64,000 nt of DNA from an uncultured Verrucomicrobiae bacterium (GCA_963765205.1 CAVXVB010000009.1:544001-608000); one strand, 5' to 3'; counted from the first letter of the stretch, positions 20,275 through 30,979 are shown. The notes: a model not told the origin generated them from the letters alone. Translations and numbers: made by a program.

Positions 20275-21711
20275 ATGAAGCCCTTCTACGACCTGATTGT
20301 CATCGGTTCCGGCCCCGCCGGTGAAAAGGCCGCCGCCATGGCGGCGTTTTACGGTCACGCCGTCGCCCTCGTTGAAAAGGAGCCGCGCCTGGGCGGCGCC
20401 GGCACCAACACCGGCACGCTGCCGTCCAAAACGCTCAAGGAAACCGCCGTGTTCCTCTCGGGCTTCAATGACCGCGGCCTCTATGGGGTCGAGCGGCGGC
20501 CCGACCGCGCCGTCTGCGTCGAGGATTTGCTCTTTCGCAAAAACACCGTCACGTCCAAACAGGCGGACGACATTCGCAATCGGTTGGGCACTTTGGGGGT
20601 CGAGGTTTTCCAGGGCGTTGGTGCGCTGGCGGACGCGCACACTGTCAAGGTCCAGCCCCCGGGCGGCGCGGCGGCGTTCATGCTCAAGGGCGAATTCATC
20701 CTCCTGGCGACTGGCTCGCGACCCTGGCACATACCGGGCGTGCCCTTTGATGGTTACCGCGTGCATGACTCGGACACAATTTTGGAAATTGACCACATTC
20801 CCACCTCGATTGTCATTGTCGGCGCGGGCGTCATCGGCTGCGAATATGCCACGGTTTTCGCCGCCTTGGGGTCGAAAGTCTCGCTGGTCAACGGCCACGC
20901 GGAATTTCTGACTTTTATTGACGGCGAAATTCTGGCGATCTTGCGCCGGCAAATGCAAAACGAAGGCGTCACGTTTCTCATGCCCAACCGGGCGGAGGGG
21001 GTGACGGTTTGCGAGCGTGATGGCAAAAAAATCGTCACCGCCCACCTGGCGGATGGCGCGGAAATTGATGCCGACATGTTTCTTTACGCCGCCGGGCGGG
21101 TGGGCAACACCGATTCCCTCAACCTCGCCGCAGCCGGCCTCAAAGCGAGCGAACGCCAGACTATCGAGGTGAACGAGCAATACCGCACCGCCACGCCGAA
21201 TATTTTCGCCGCGGGCGACCTGGTTGGTTTCCCGGCGCTCGCCTCCACGGGCACGGATCAGGGGCGGGTCGCCGTCACCCATATGTTCAACTTGACCGGC
21301 TTGCAGAAATTGGACCAGGTTTTCCCGATGGGTGTTTACACCATCCCGGAAGTCACCTGTGCCGGGCTTACCGAAGAGGACGCCAAAAAGACAAACAGGC
21401 CCTACCTGGTCGGCCGCGCCTGGTATAAGGACACGCCGCGCGGGCGCATTATTGGCTCGCGCTTCGGCCTGCTCAAGCTCCTCGCCGACCCCGACACGCT
21501 GGCCATCCTGGGCGTCCACATTGTCGGCCGCATCGCCACGGAATTGATCCACTTCGGCCTGCTGCTGGTCGAGGATCAGGTGTCCGCCACGCGCGTCGCC
21601 TCGATGATCTACAACCAGCCGACCCTGCACGAAATGTATAAGCACGCCGCCTTTGACCTTGTGCGTCAGAAACAAGGCTTGCCATCCATTAACGAGGCCC
21701 CCGCGCCTTGA
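20275..21711 (+). CDS. sthA: Soluble pyridine nucleotide transhydrogenase
   Basis: GSGPAG, NTGTLPSKTLKE with no redox CxxxxC, GAGVIGCEYA, GFPALAST..QGR, YTIPE. Confidence 0.85.
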   Translation: MKPFYDLIVIGSGPAGEKAAAMAAFYGHAVALVEKEPRLGGAGTNTGTLPSKTLKETAVFLSGFNDRGLYGVERRPDRAVCVEDLLFRKNTVTSKQADDIRNRLGTLGVEVFQGVGALADAHTVKVQPPGGAAAFMLKGEFILLATGSRPWHIPGVPFDGYRVHDSDTILEIDHIPTSIVIVGAGVIGCEYATVFAALGSKVSLVNGHAEFLTFIDGEILAILRRQMQNEGVTFLMPNRAEGVTVCERDGKKIVTAHLADGAEIDADMFLYAAGRVGNTDSLNLAAAGLKASERQTIEVNEQYRTATPNIFAAGDLVGFPALASTGTDQGRVAVTHMFNLTGLQKLDQVFPMGVYTIPEVTCAGLTEEDAKKTNRPYLVGRAWYKDTPRGRIIGSRFGLLKLLADPDTLAILGVHIVGRIATELIHFGLLLVEDQVSATRVASMIYNQPTLHEMYKHAAFDLVRQKQGLPSINEAPAP

Positions 21712-21736
21712 TCCATTCCCCCCTAAAGAAACTCCC

Positions 21737-22756
21737 ATGCCCGACCCCGGACCACCCACTGCGGACGTGGCGGAGATTGCCCCGCAGGGTCGCAGTGGCG
21801 GCGCTGATTCCGCGCCGAAATTCGGCCGGCTGGCCCGGGTTTACGCCTGCCTTGAATACATCGCCTTTGGCCGCGAGTTGGAACGGGCGCGATTTTGTTT
21901 TTTGGAGCAGTTGCGCGAGTGCCGGGAGATTTTGCTGATCGGCGAGGGCGATGGCCGCTGTCTTGCGCGCCTGGTGGAAATTGCGCCGGCCGCGCGGCTG
22001 CATTGTGTGGATGCCAGTCCAGGCATGTTGACTCGCGCCGCCGCGCGACTCCGGCCGGTGGATCGCTCGCGGGTGACGTTTACCTGCGCGGACGCGCGGA
22101 CGTGGCTGCCGTCTCCGCAAAGTTACGATGCCGTGGTCACCGCATTCTTTCTCGATTGCCTGACGCCGCAATCTGTCGCGGAGCTGGCGGCGCGGCTGCA
22201 GCCGGCGTTGCGGCCCGGCGCGCTTTGGCTGTTCGCCGATTTTGTGCTGCCGGAGTCCGGCTTCGCCCGCGGGCGCGCGCAGCTCTGGCTGTGGACCATG
22301 TATTTTTTCTTCCGCTGGCAAACCGGTCTGGCGGTGAAGGAATTGCCGCCCTCCGAAGAAATTTTGCGCGCCGCGGGCTGGCGGGAACGCGCCACCCGCG
22401 ATTTTCATGGGGTCTTCGTGCGCGTGGTGCTTTTTGATCGGCGCCGGCTCCGCTGCCATAGTCGGCAAATTCAGATTGCATTTCTCTCCTCATTGGCAAA
22501 AATTCGATTTTTACCCTCAGCTCCCATTGGAGAATACCCCCATGTTGTTTCACTCATTCACGCGGCGCACCCTCGGCGCCTGCCTCGCCTTGTCAACTTG
22601 GATGAACGTGGCCCACGCCCAACCGCCATCCGCACCGGCGGCCACGCTGCCGCCCACTTCGTTCAAGTTTCAATTCGGCACCGACCAAGCCGCTCCCGGC
22701 TACACCCTGGTTCCCACCAATTCGGTTTATTCCAAGGACACAGGCTATGGTTTTGA
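21737..22756 (+). CDS. Class I SAM-dependent methyltransferase; natural stop probably near 22460 (frameshift)
   Basis: LLIGEGDGR, VDASPGML, YDAVVTAFFLD; read-through tail overlaps next gene by about 215 nt. Confidence 0.75.
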   Translation: MPDPGPPTADVAEIAPQGRSGGADSAPKFGRLARVYACLEYIAFGRELERARFCFLEQLRECREILLIGEGDGRCLARLVEIAPAARLHCVDASPGMLTRAAARLRPVDRSRVTFTCADARTWLPSPQSYDAVVTAFFLDCLTPQSVAELAARLQPALRPGALWLFADFVLPESGFARGRAQLWLWTMYFFFRWQTGLAVKELPPSEEILRAAGWRERATRDFHGVFVRVVLFDRRRLRCHSRQIQIAFLSSLAKIRFLPSAPIGEYPHVVSLIHAAHPRRLPRLVNLDERGPRPTAIRTGGHAAAHFVQVSIRHRPSRSRLHPGSHQFGLFQGHRLWF

Positions 22757-23999
22757 GCCTGGCGCGCAAGTTAGCGCAGTTAATCAGGCGGACCCCAATC
22801 CCTTGCACCGCGGCGCCATTACGTCCAAGCAGCCTTATGCCTTCTCGGTGGCCGTGCCCGAAGGCAATTACCGGGTCACGGTGACCTTGGGCGACCCCCA
22901 GGCCGCCTCGGTTACCACCGTCAAAGCCGAAGCGCGCCGGTTGATGCTCGAAAGCGTTCACGCCGCCGCCGGCCAGTTTGCGACCCGCACTTTTACCGTC
23001 AATGTCCGCAGTCCGAAAATTTCCACCGGCGGGGAGGTCAACCTCGACAGCCGGGAGATGAACCTGACAACGCATGTCGCCCTCGTCAACGACTGGGATG
23101 ACAAGCTCACCATTACTTTTAGCGATGCCCATCCCGCCTTGGCGACATTGGAAATTCAGAAAGTGGAAGATGCCGTGACGGTTTTTGTCCTGGGCGACTC
23201 GACGGTCGTGGACCAGCCCAGTGGCGGCAACAGTTGGGGCCAGATGCTGACCCGCTGGTTCAAGCCCGAGGTGGCCATCGCGAACCACGCCGAATCGGGT
23301 GAAACGCTCAAGGGCTTCCTCAAGGAACGCCGCTGGGAAAAAGTTTTGGACTCGATGAAGGCCGGCGACTATGTGCTGATTCAATTCGGCACCAACGATT
23401 CCAAAAAAAGCGGCCCCCAAAACATTTATCCCGGCCAGGATTTCTCCGAAACTTACGCCGCGGCCGACACCACTTATAAAGACCTGCTCAAGCAATACGT
23501 GGCGGATTTTCGCAAAAAAGGCGGCATCCCCATCATCGTTTCCCCGCCGGCCCGCCGCGGTGAAACCGCCAATTCCACGCTTGGCGCTTATGCCGCCGCC
23601 GCGGGCGCCGCCGCCAAGGAGGTCAACGCGCCGTTCATTGACCTCAATGCCATGGGCATGGAGCTGAACAAGGCGCTCGGGCCCGACGCCACCCGCATGT
23701 ATGGCGACCAAACCCACACGGTGGATTATGGCAGCTATATGTTCTCCCGTTGCATCACCCTCGGTATTAAACAGAGCGGCCTGCCACTGGCCAAATTCAT
23801 CGTGGACGACTTTGGTGATTTCGACCCGAATCAACCGCATCCCACCCCCGCTGAATATACGGTGCCCGTGGATGCCGCCAATCGCGGCGGTGGCCGTGGT
23901 CCTCGCGCCGGTGGTGCGCGGGGTGGTGCTGCCAGCACGGATCCCGCCCCTGCGCCGGCGGCGGCGTCCGGCCCGGCGGCCACCACTGCGACGCAATAG
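22542..23999 (+). CDS. Secreted rhamnogalacturonan acetylesterase-like SGNH esterase
   Basis: Signal peptide, beta-sandwich N-domain, GDSTV, NHAESG, QFGTND, DQTH. Confidence 0.85.
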   Translation: MLFHSFTRRTLGACLALSTWMNVAHAQPPSAPAATLPPTSFKFQFGTDQAAPGYTLVPTNSVYSKDTGYGFEPGAQVSAVNQADPNPLHRGAITSKQPYAFSVAVPEGNYRVTVTLGDPQAASVTTVKAEARRLMLESVHAAAGQFATRTFTVNVRSPKISTGGEVNLDSREMNLTTHVALVNDWDDKLTITFSDAHPALATLEIQKVEDAVTVFVLGDSTVVDQPSGGNSWGQMLTRWFKPEVAIANHAESGETLKGFLKERRWEKVLDSMKAGDYVLIQFGTNDSKKSGPQNIYPGQDFSETYAAADTTYKDLLKQYVADFRKKGGIPIIVSPPARRGETANSTLGAYAAAAGAAAKEVNAPFIDLNAMGMELNKALGPDATRMYGDQTHTVDYGSYMFSRCITLGIKQSGLPLAKFIVDDFGDFDPNQPHPTPAEYTVPVDAANRGGGRGPRAGGARGGAASTDPAPAPAAASGPAATTATQ

Positions 24000-24021
24000 A
24001 CCGCGCTGCTTAGATGCATTT

Positions 24022-25863
24022 TTACAGCGGCTTCGTGCGCGCGGTGCTTTTCAACCAGCCCGGTTGGGGCTCTTGATCCTCCTGCAGGCGGCGCAGCCGC
24101 GCTTCGAGCACTGCTGCGCGGCCGAGGTAGCCCACGATTTTTTTCGGATTATCGCGGGCCACCACCGGCAGCCGCCCGCAATTGTTGCCCAGCATCCTCG
24201 TCAACGCGTCACTCAGCGTTTCATCCGGGTAGGTCACGACCGGGTGCGCGTTGCCTGCCTCGACCAGAGTGATTTTGCCCGACGGGTCGCGCTCGAAGGC
24301 CCGGACGAGGTCGCCGCGCGTGACAATCCCCGCGAGCTCGCCGCTCGCATCCGTCAATAAAAAGGCCTGGTGGTGCATGAGGGTTCCGTCCCGCGAGGAC
24401 AACCGCCGGGTCAGTTCGCCGACGGTAATATTGGCCGGCAGCACGGTTGGGCTTGGGTCCATCGCGCGCTCGACATTCACTTGCTGGAACACATCCACTT
24501 CATATTCCTGATACACCCGCAATCCCCGCCGCGCCAGCTTCTCCGTCAAAATGGAATTCTTCATGAAGATCAGTGCGACGAAATGCGCGATGGTCACGAC
24601 CAGCATCAACGGCAGCACGGAGTCGTAGTCGCGCGTCAGCTCGAAGGCGAAAATGATGAATGTAAACGGCGCGCGGGCGGCCGCGCCAAACACCGCCGCC
24701 ATCGCCACCAGCGCAAACGCGCTCGAGGACAAATGCGCCGAGGGGTCAATTTTGTTCGCCAGCCCGGCAAATAACGCGCCCGCCGCCGCGCCCACGGTAA
24801 AAGTCGGCGCGAGCACCCCGCCCGAATGGCCGGAGCCGAGCGTCAGGGTGACCACGAAGGCCTTGGCCACCAGCACCACGGCCACCATCCGCAGCGCAAG
24901 TTGCGGGGTGGGATTCAGCAGGTCGGAAATGGTGTCATAACCGATGCCGAGCACCCGGGGCACAAAATAGCCGACGACTCCCAGCACCGCGCAGGCCATG
25001 ACCGGCCACCAAAATTTGTCGCAATTCAACTTTTCAAAAAAATCCTCGAAGAGATAGAGCATTCGGGAATACACCACGGCCACCAGGCCGCAGACGATGC
25101 CCAGCGGCACATACCAGGGCAGCGCGGCGGGAAAATTAAAATTGGCCGCGCCCACCGAAAACATGGCCCCGTGCCCGAGCAGCACAAACCGCACCGCCGT
25201 GGCCACCGTGCTGGCAATCACGAGCGGAATGAAGGAGCGCGCCTTGTATTCAAACAGCAGCAGTTCGATGGCCAGCATCACCGCCGCCAGTGGCGTGCTG
25301 AAGGTGGCCGCCATGCCCGCCGCCGCGCCGCTGGCCAACAATACTTTGCGCTCGGCCGCGGTGACATGCAGGAACTGCCCCAAAATTGAGCCGAGGGCGC
25401 CGCCAGTCTGGATAATGGGTCCTTCTGCACCAAACGGCCCGCCGGTGCCAATGCCGATGGCCACCGACGTGGGTTTCAACAGCGCCACCCGCGGCTGCAC
25501 CCGGCTCTGGTTGAACAGCACCGCTTCCATCGCCTCGGGCAGGCCGTGGCCGCGAATTTTCGGCGAGCCATATTTGGCCATCAAACTGACGATGACTGCG
25601 CCAAGAATCGGCAGTGGGATGACCCACAGCCCCAGGTGATTATGGGAAGGCGGCAGGTCCGCAATGGACCATACCTGGTAAAACATCAGGTTCGAAACCA
25701 GCCGGATCATCGCGAACAGCCCATAGGCGGCCAGCCCCCCGCCCACGCCGACCAGCACGGCCAGCAGCGACATCGCCAACAGGCGCCGCCGCGGCGAGCC
25801 CACTTCGGGCAAATCGGGGAACAGGGAGGAGGAGAAGGCCATGACATCTTTTCGGGTGGACAT
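24022..25863 (-). CDS. ClC chloride channel protein with tandem CBS domains
   Basis: GHGLPE, GAEGP, GGVLAP, then CBS pair. Confidence 0.92.
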   Translation of the reverse strand: MSTRKDVMAFSSSLFPDLPEVGSPRRRLLAMSLLAVLVGVGGGLAAYGLFAMIRLVSNLMFYQVWSIADLPPSHNHLGLWVIPLPILGAVIVSLMAKYGSPKIRGHGLPEAMEAVLFNQSRVQPRVALLKPTSVAIGIGTGGPFGAEGPIIQTGGALGSILGQFLHVTAAERKVLLASGAAAGMAATFSTPLAAVMLAIELLLFEYKARSFIPLVIASTVATAVRFVLLGHGAMFSVGAANFNFPAALPWYVPLGIVCGLVAVVYSRMLYLFEDFFEKLNCDKFWWPVMACAVLGVVGYFVPRVLGIGYDTISDLLNPTPQLALRMVAVVLVAKAFVVTLTLGSGHSGGVLAPTFTVGAAAGALFAGLANKIDPSAHLSSSAFALVAMAAVFGAAARAPFTFIIFAFELTRDYDSVLPLMLVVTIAHFVALIFMKNSILTEKLARRGLRVYQEYEVDVFQQVNVERAMDPSPTVLPANITVGELTRRLSSRDGTLMHHQAFLLTDASGELAGIVTRGDLVRAFERDPSGKITLVEAGNAHPVVTYPDETLSDALTRMLGNNCGRLPVVARDNPKKIVGYLGRAAVLEARLRRLQEDQEPQPGWLKSTARTKPL

Positions 25864-25876
25864 AAGCCACCAAAAA

Positions 25877-25895
25877 TATATCCTGCCACGATATA
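25877..25895. promoter_or_regulatory. Putative MarR operator
   Basis: TATATC-N7-GATATA between divergent clc and marR genes. Confidence 0.55.
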
Positions 25896-25957
25896 AATCA
25901 AGCGCCATCTCCGCTGGACGACGGACAGAGAGTCTTTCGCCGGTTTTTCCTATCTCC

Positions 25958-26389
25958 ATGCCCCATCCCGCCGCCCCCAACCGCGCCGCCTACCGCGCGC
26001 TGGCCGCCTACCGCCACGCGCTGCGGCGCTTTTTGCATTTCAGCACGGAGGCGGCCCGCGCGGCGGGCGTGTCCCAGCAACAATACCAGGTGCTCCTCGC
26101 GGTCAAGGCCGCGCCCGGCCGCGCGTTGCTGACCATTGGCGAGCTGGCCGAAATCATGCACGTCCGCCATCACAGTGCCGTGGGCCTAGTGGACCGCCTC
26201 ACCCGGCATGGCCGGCTCCGGCGCGTGCGCGACACCGCTGACCGCCGCCGCGTGCGGGTGCGGTTGACCGCGTCCGGTGAAAAAGCCCTCCGCCGCCTCG
26301 CCACCCAACATCGCGACGAACTGCGCCGCCTCGGCCCGCAACTGGTGCGCTCGCTTAAATCCCTCGGGGTGGAGGGAGGGAAGAATTAA
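25958..26389 (+). CDS. MarR-family regulator
   Basis: QQYQVLLAV, TIGELAE...HHSAVGLVDRL, DRRRVRVRLT. Confidence 0.9.
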   Translation: MPHPAAPNRAAYRALAAYRHALRRFLHFSTEAARAAGVSQQQYQVLLAVKAAPGRALLTIGELAEIMHVRHHSAVGLVDRLTRHGRLRRVRDTADRRRVRVRLTASGEKALRRLATQHRDELRRLGPQLVRSLKSLGVEGGKN

Positions 26390-26510
26390 GATTTATGAAT
26401 TAAGAATTAAGAAGTTAGAAATCTCAGATCTCAAATTTCATATTTGCATTTACTTTCTGTCTATTCACCGGCTCTTCAACTAGAAACTTAAAAACCAGAA
26501 ACTAAAAACG
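26384..26510. repeat. Degenerate AT-rich heptamer arrays
   Basis: aattaag/atttatg/aattaag/aattaag/aagttag ... aactaga/aacttaa/aaccaga/aactaaa. Confidence 0.65.
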
Positions 26511-26516
26511 TTCAGT

Positions 26517-27818
26517 TCATTCCTCGCCGAGCAGTTCCGGCGGCATGTTTTTTTCGTCGAGGCGCTCGATGACCGCGCCGAGGCCGCGCAGTTTTTCATC
26601 GAATTTTTCGTAGCCACGGTCGAGGTGGTAAACGCGCCGCACCCACGTCTCGTCATTCGCGTGCAGGCCGGCGAGGATGAGGGCCGCGCTGGCCCGCAAG
26701 TCCGACGCCATCACCATCGCGCCCGACAGGCGGGTGCGTCCTTTGATGATGGCGCTCGGGCCCTCAATGGCGATGTCCGCGCCCATGCGCTGCAATTCCG
26801 ACACATACATGAAGCGGTTCGGGTAAACGCGCTCGGTGACGATGCTCAGGCCCGGCGTGACGGCGAGCAGGGCGCACATCTGCGCCTGTAAATCGGTTGG
26901 GTAACCGGGGTGGGGCAGCGTGATGATGTCCACCGGGCGCACTTTCAAATTGGTCGCGTTCACGCGCAGTTGGTCCGGCCCTTCGATGGTCACGGCGATG
27001 CCGGCTTCATCGAGTTTGTCGAAAAACGCGCCGAGGTGCTGGGCGTTCGCGCCGATCACCGTCACGTCGCCGCGCGTGATGGCGGCGGCAACCAGCCAGG
27101 TGCCCGCTTCAATGCGATCAGGGATGACGCGGTGGCGCGCGCCGCGCAGGCGGTCCACGCCTTCTACGGTCAAAACGTGGGTGCCGATGCCGTCAATGCG
27201 CGCGCCCATCGCCACGAGCATCCGGCACAAATCTTCGATTTCTGGCTCGCAGGCGGCGCTGTCAATGCGGGTGACGCCCGGTGCCAGCGTGGCGGCCATG
27301 ACCAGGTTGGCCGTGCCGGTCACGGTGCTGCCCTGGCGACCGCCCAGAAAAACTTCCGCGCCGCGCAAGCTGGCCCCGTCCACATGCAGGTAGCCTTTTT
27401 TCATGCGCACGCCGCAGCCGAGGCTCTTCAAGCCCTTGACGTGCAGGTCAATCGGTCGCGGGCCGATGTTGCAGCCACCCGGTTGCGACACCACGGCCTT
27501 GCGCAGCCGGGCGATCAACGGCCCGAGCAGCAGGACGCTCGCGCGCATTTTGCTCACGAGCTTGTGCGGCGCGAAGTGGCCGATTTTGCGCGCGGTGATT
27601 TGCCAGGTGTGCGCATCGAGCCGTGCCACCTGCGCGCCGAGTTCCGTGAGGATTTCGCCCATGAAGCGCACGTCGCTCAGGTCGGGCACGTTTTCGAGCA
27701 CGCACGTCTCTTCGGTCAGCAGCGTGGCCGCGAAAATCGGCAGGGCGGCGTTTTTCGCGCCGCTGACGGAAATTTGGCCGCGCAGCGGGCGGCCACCTTG
27801 TATGCGCACGACATCCAT
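26517..27818 (-). CDS. murA: UDP-N-acetylglucosamine 1-carboxyvinyltransferase
   Basis: GAKNAALP, PGGCNIGPRPIDLH, PDRIEAGT, PTDLQAQ, DLRASAAL. Confidence 0.97.
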   Translation of the reverse strand: MDVVRIQGGRPLRGQISVSGAKNAALPIFAATLLTEETCVLENVPDLSDVRFMGEILTELGAQVARLDAHTWQITARKIGHFAPHKLVSKMRASVLLLGPLIARLRKAVVSQPGGCNIGPRPIDLHVKGLKSLGCGVRMKKGYLHVDGASLRGAEVFLGGRQGSTVTGTANLVMAATLAPGVTRIDSAACEPEIEDLCRMLVAMGARIDGIGTHVLTVEGVDRLRGARHRVIPDRIEAGTWLVAAAITRGDVTVIGANAQHLGAFFDKLDEAGIAVTIEGPDQLRVNATNLKVRPVDIITLPHPGYPTDLQAQMCALLAVTPGLSIVTERVYPNRFMYVSELQRMGADIAIEGPSAIIKGRTRLSGAMVMASDLRASAALILAGLHANDETWVRRVYHLDRGYEKFDEKLRGLGAVIERLDEKNMPPELLGEE

Positions 27819-27836
27819 GGCAAAAAAGCGTCAGCG

Positions 27837-28946
27837 CTATTCCGGCCGGCGGTCGCCCCGGCGCTCGCCGCGGCTGTCGCCGCGGGGCTGGTCGTGGGAC
27901 TGGCGGCCTTGGCTGCCGCGATGGTGGCGATGATGCCCGTGGCGGTGGTGCGCGCCGTCGTCACTGCGGCCGTCGCCGTGCCTGGAGTGGCGCTCGCTGT
28001 CTGAATCATCTTCGTTGTCGCGTGCGGAAACCTCCCGCACTTTGGCGGGCACCGGGTCGCCAGTGAAAATCCGCTTGATGAAGCCAAGCAGTCCGCGGGA
28101 TTTGGCTTTCGGCGCGTCCTCGGAGGACGCCACATGCGCCGAGATGGTCGCGTTGGGTTTTGGTTTCACGTGCTCGCGCTTGCTTGATTTCGCGGCGGGT
28201 TCCCGGCGGCGGGACTCGTGCTCGTGTTTGACATGCACGGATTTGTCGGGCGCGCGGCCAAAAGCGGAGGGCGTGTATTCCTCCACCGGCACGGGCTTGG
28301 CCGTTTCCGTGCGCAGGCGGCGCGGCGCGGCGTCGGCCGGGTCGGGCTTCAATGCGACATAGTGGTCGCGTTCGCTGCGTCCATCCTGGGGCGGACGGTT
28401 CGAAGGCGGGCGATGAGACGCGGGCGATTCGCGACGCGGTTCGGAGGAAATTTCGCGTGGGCGCGGCGCGGGTGGCTCCCGGCGGGGTTCTTCGGCAGCT
28501 TCGCGCGAACGCGACGGGGCGCTGGGATAATCGCGGGGCGCTGGACGGGAAATGGGGGCGGCTTCCGCGCGCGGTGGCGGCGAAGGAGCTTGCCAAACCG
28601 GCGCGGCTTCCGCACGCGGGCGCGACTCATACTGGGGCGGCTCCGACCAGCGGGTTTCGCTCGACGACTCAACCCGCGAGGACGGCGCAACGGGTGCGGG
28701 CGGGGAAACCGGCCGGGGTGCGGGCGCGTCCTCGCGCTCATAACCTTTTACATGCTGGCCGGAAAGTGATTCGCGCGCGCTGGCAACGTCGGTGACCTCA
28801 CCGCACGCGGCCGGGGTCGCCGCCTTTTGGGCCACCGCGCCGACGCTGGGGGCGCGTTTCCAACGGCTCTTCAGGTTGGAGGTCCGGGTTGAGGCGGAAG
28901 GTGGGTTGGCCGGTGTCGAGGCGGGTTGGGGCGTGTCTGAATTCAT
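27837..28946 (-). CDS. Low-complexity, probably disordered protein
   Basis: Pro/Arg/Ser/Glu-rich, GLLGFIKRIF amphipathic segment, His/Arg/Gly tail; ends 18 nt upstream of murA. Confidence 0.65.
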   Translation of the reverse strand: MNSDTPQPASTPANPPSASTRTSNLKSRWKRAPSVGAVAQKAATPAACGEVTDVASARESLSGQHVKGYEREDAPAPRPVSPPAPVAPSSRVESSSETRWSEPPQYESRPRAEAAPVWQAPSPPPRAEAAPISRPAPRDYPSAPSRSREAAEEPRREPPAPRPREISSEPRRESPASHRPPSNRPPQDGRSERDHYVALKPDPADAAPRRLRTETAKPVPVEEYTPSAFGRAPDKSVHVKHEHESRRREPAAKSSKREHVKPKPNATISAHVASSEDAPKAKSRGLLGFIKRIFTGDPVPAKVREVSARDNEDDSDSERHSRHGDGRSDDGAHHRHGHHRHHRGSQGRQSHDQPRGDSRGERRGDRRPE

Positions 28947-29176
28947 CCGAAAAATTGGAAAGGGAACCGACGGGCGTCGAACCGGGTCGGTGCGCGCCGC
29001 TCGGCGTTTGCCCAAGAAAAATGCCGGGTTTCCCGAACGGCGGCAATCCTAATTTTCAATGGACCGTCTTGCAATGGGCGGTCCGTCATGTGCATAAAAC
29101 TTCGACCCGGGGGATTTCAGGCTTGTCCCCGCGCGCCGGGGCCGCTTTGTTGGACGGTTTCCCCCCTTCCTCGGAC

Positions 29177-30979
29177 ATGCAACGAACCCACCATTGCGGC
29201 GAACTGACTCAAACCAACGCCGGGTGCGACGTCACCCTCGTCGGCTGGATTAACGCCGTGCGCGACCACGGCGGCCTCGTGTTTGTGGACCTGCGTGACC
29301 GCGAGGGCCTCACCCAAATCGTGCTTGACCCGCAAAACGCCGCGATGGCTGCGGTGTTGCCTTCGTTGCGCGATGAATCCGTCATCCAGGTCGCCGGCCG
29401 CGTCAAACCGCGCCCGGTCGAGACCATCAATGTCAAGCTGGCCACCGGCCATATTGAGGTCGAGGCGCAGAAAATCACCATTCACAACGTCTGCGCTACG
29501 CTGCCTTTTCCGCTCGAAGATGAGAAGGCCGAAAAAGTCAACGAAGACCTCCGCCTGACTTACCGTTACCTCGACCTGCGCCGCCCGCAGAGCCTCGCCC
29601 TGCTCAAGCTCCGCCACCGCGCCGCGCAAACCGTCCGCCGCTACCTGGACGAACAGGGTTTTCTCGAAGTCGAGACGCCGATTTTGTTCAAAAGCACGCC
29701 CGAGGGCGCGCGCGAGTTTCTGGTGCCCAGCCGCCTCAACCCCGGCCAGTTTTACGCGCTCTCGCAATCCCCGCAGCAATACAAGCAAATCCTGATGGTC
29801 GCCGGCGTCGAGCGCTACTACTCGCTCGCGAAATGTTTCCGCGACGAGGACCTGCGCGCCGACCGCCAGCCGGAATTTACGCAGATTGACCTCGAAATGT
29901 CCTTCATTGAGCGCGGCGACATTTACGCCCTCATCGAAGGGATGCTCCAGCGCGTCTGGAAAGCCGTGCTCGACCGCGACATCCCCACGCCGTTCCCGCG
30001 CCTCGCCTTCCGCGACGCCATGAACCGCTTCGGCGTGGACAAGCCCGACACGCGCTTCGGCCTCGAATTGGTTGACCTGTCCGACGTTTTCAAGGGTTCG
30101 ACGTTCAAGGTTTTTTCCGGCGCGGTGGCGGCCGGCGGCGTGGTCAAGGCCTTCAACGCGAAGGGTTTGGCCGACATCACGCAGGGCGAAATTAAAAACC
30201 TGGAAGACATCGCCAAAACGCTCGGCGCCAAGGGCCTCGCTTTCATTCGGTCTGAAAAAGGCGAATTGAAATCGCCCATCCTGAAATTTTTCTCGGAAAC
30301 GGAAAAAGCGGAGCTGGCGAAACGCTTGCAAATTGAGGAAGGCGACATCGTCTTTTTCGCCGCCGCCGGTTGGGACCGCGCCTGCGCCATCCTCGGGCGC
30401 ACGCGCCTCGAAGCCGCCGCGCTGCTCGAAGCCCGTGGCCGCCTCGTCATCCCGCGCGACCAGTATAATTTCCTCTGGGTCGTGGATTTCCCCCTCATGT
30501 CCTACGACGAGGCGGAAGGCCGCTACCTCGCCACGCACCACCCGTTTACCTCGCCGGTGGCCGAGGACGTCGCGCTGCTCGACACCAACCCCAAGGAAGT
30601 GCGCGGCCAGCACTACGACGTGGTGCTCAACGGCGTCGAACTCGGCGGCGGCAGCATCCGCATCCACCAGCCCGACGTGCAAAAAAAGATTTTTGAGGAC
30701 GTGCTGAAAATTCCCGCCGACCTCGTCGAAAGCCGCTTCGGCTACCTCCTGCGCGCCTTCCAGTTCGGCGCGCCCCCGCATGGCGGCATCGCGCTTGGTT
30801 TCGACCGCCTCTGCGCCATCCTCGGCCACCGCGGCAGCATCCGCGACGTGGTCGCCTTCCCGAAAACCCAGCGCGGCCAGGATCTCATGACCATGTCCCC
30901 CGGCGCCGCCACCCCCCGCCAGCTCAAGGACGCCCACATCGCCGTCACTGTTGAGGTGGAAACGCAAAGTAAAGCGTAG
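29177..30979 (+). CDS. aspS: Aspartate--tRNA ligase
   Basis: MQRTHHCGEL, RDHGGL, STPEGARE, QSPQ, FRDED.R.DRQPEFTQ, GAPPHGG. Confidence 0.97.
   Translation: MQRTHHCGELTQTNAGCDVTLVGWINAVRDHGGLVFVDLRDREGLTQIVLDPQNAAMAAVLPSLRDESVIQVAGRVKPRPVETINVKLATGHIEVEAQKITIHNVCATLPFPLEDEKAEKVNEDLRLTYRYLDLRRPQSLALLKLRHRAAQTVRRYLDEQGFLEVETPILFKSTPEGAREFLVPSRLNPGQFYALSQSPQQYKQILMVAGVERYYSLAKCFRDEDLRADRQPEFTQIDLEMSFIERGDIYALIEGMLQRVWKAVLDRDIPTPFPRLAFRDAMNRFGVDKPDTRFGLELVDLSDVFKGSTFKVFSGAVAAGGVVKAFNAKGLADITQGEIKNLEDIAKTLGAKGLAFIRSEKGELKSPILKFFSETEKAELAKRLQIEEGDIVFFAAAGWDRACAILGRTRLEAAALLEARGRLVIPRDQYNFLWVVDFPLMSYDEAEGRYLATHHPFTSPVAEDVALLDTNPKEVRGQHYDVVLNGVELGGGSIRIHQPDVQKKIFEDVLKIPADLVESRFGYLLRAFQFGAPPHGGIALGFDRLCAILGHRGSIRDVVAFPKTQRGQDLMTMSPGAATPRQLKDAHIAVTVEVETQSKA

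Noticed and set aside
29117..30967. Long antisense ORFs (also 4176-5417, 20194-21759, 42965-44656, 54080-55534)
   Set aside because: Shadows of recognised genes caused by high-GC codon bias
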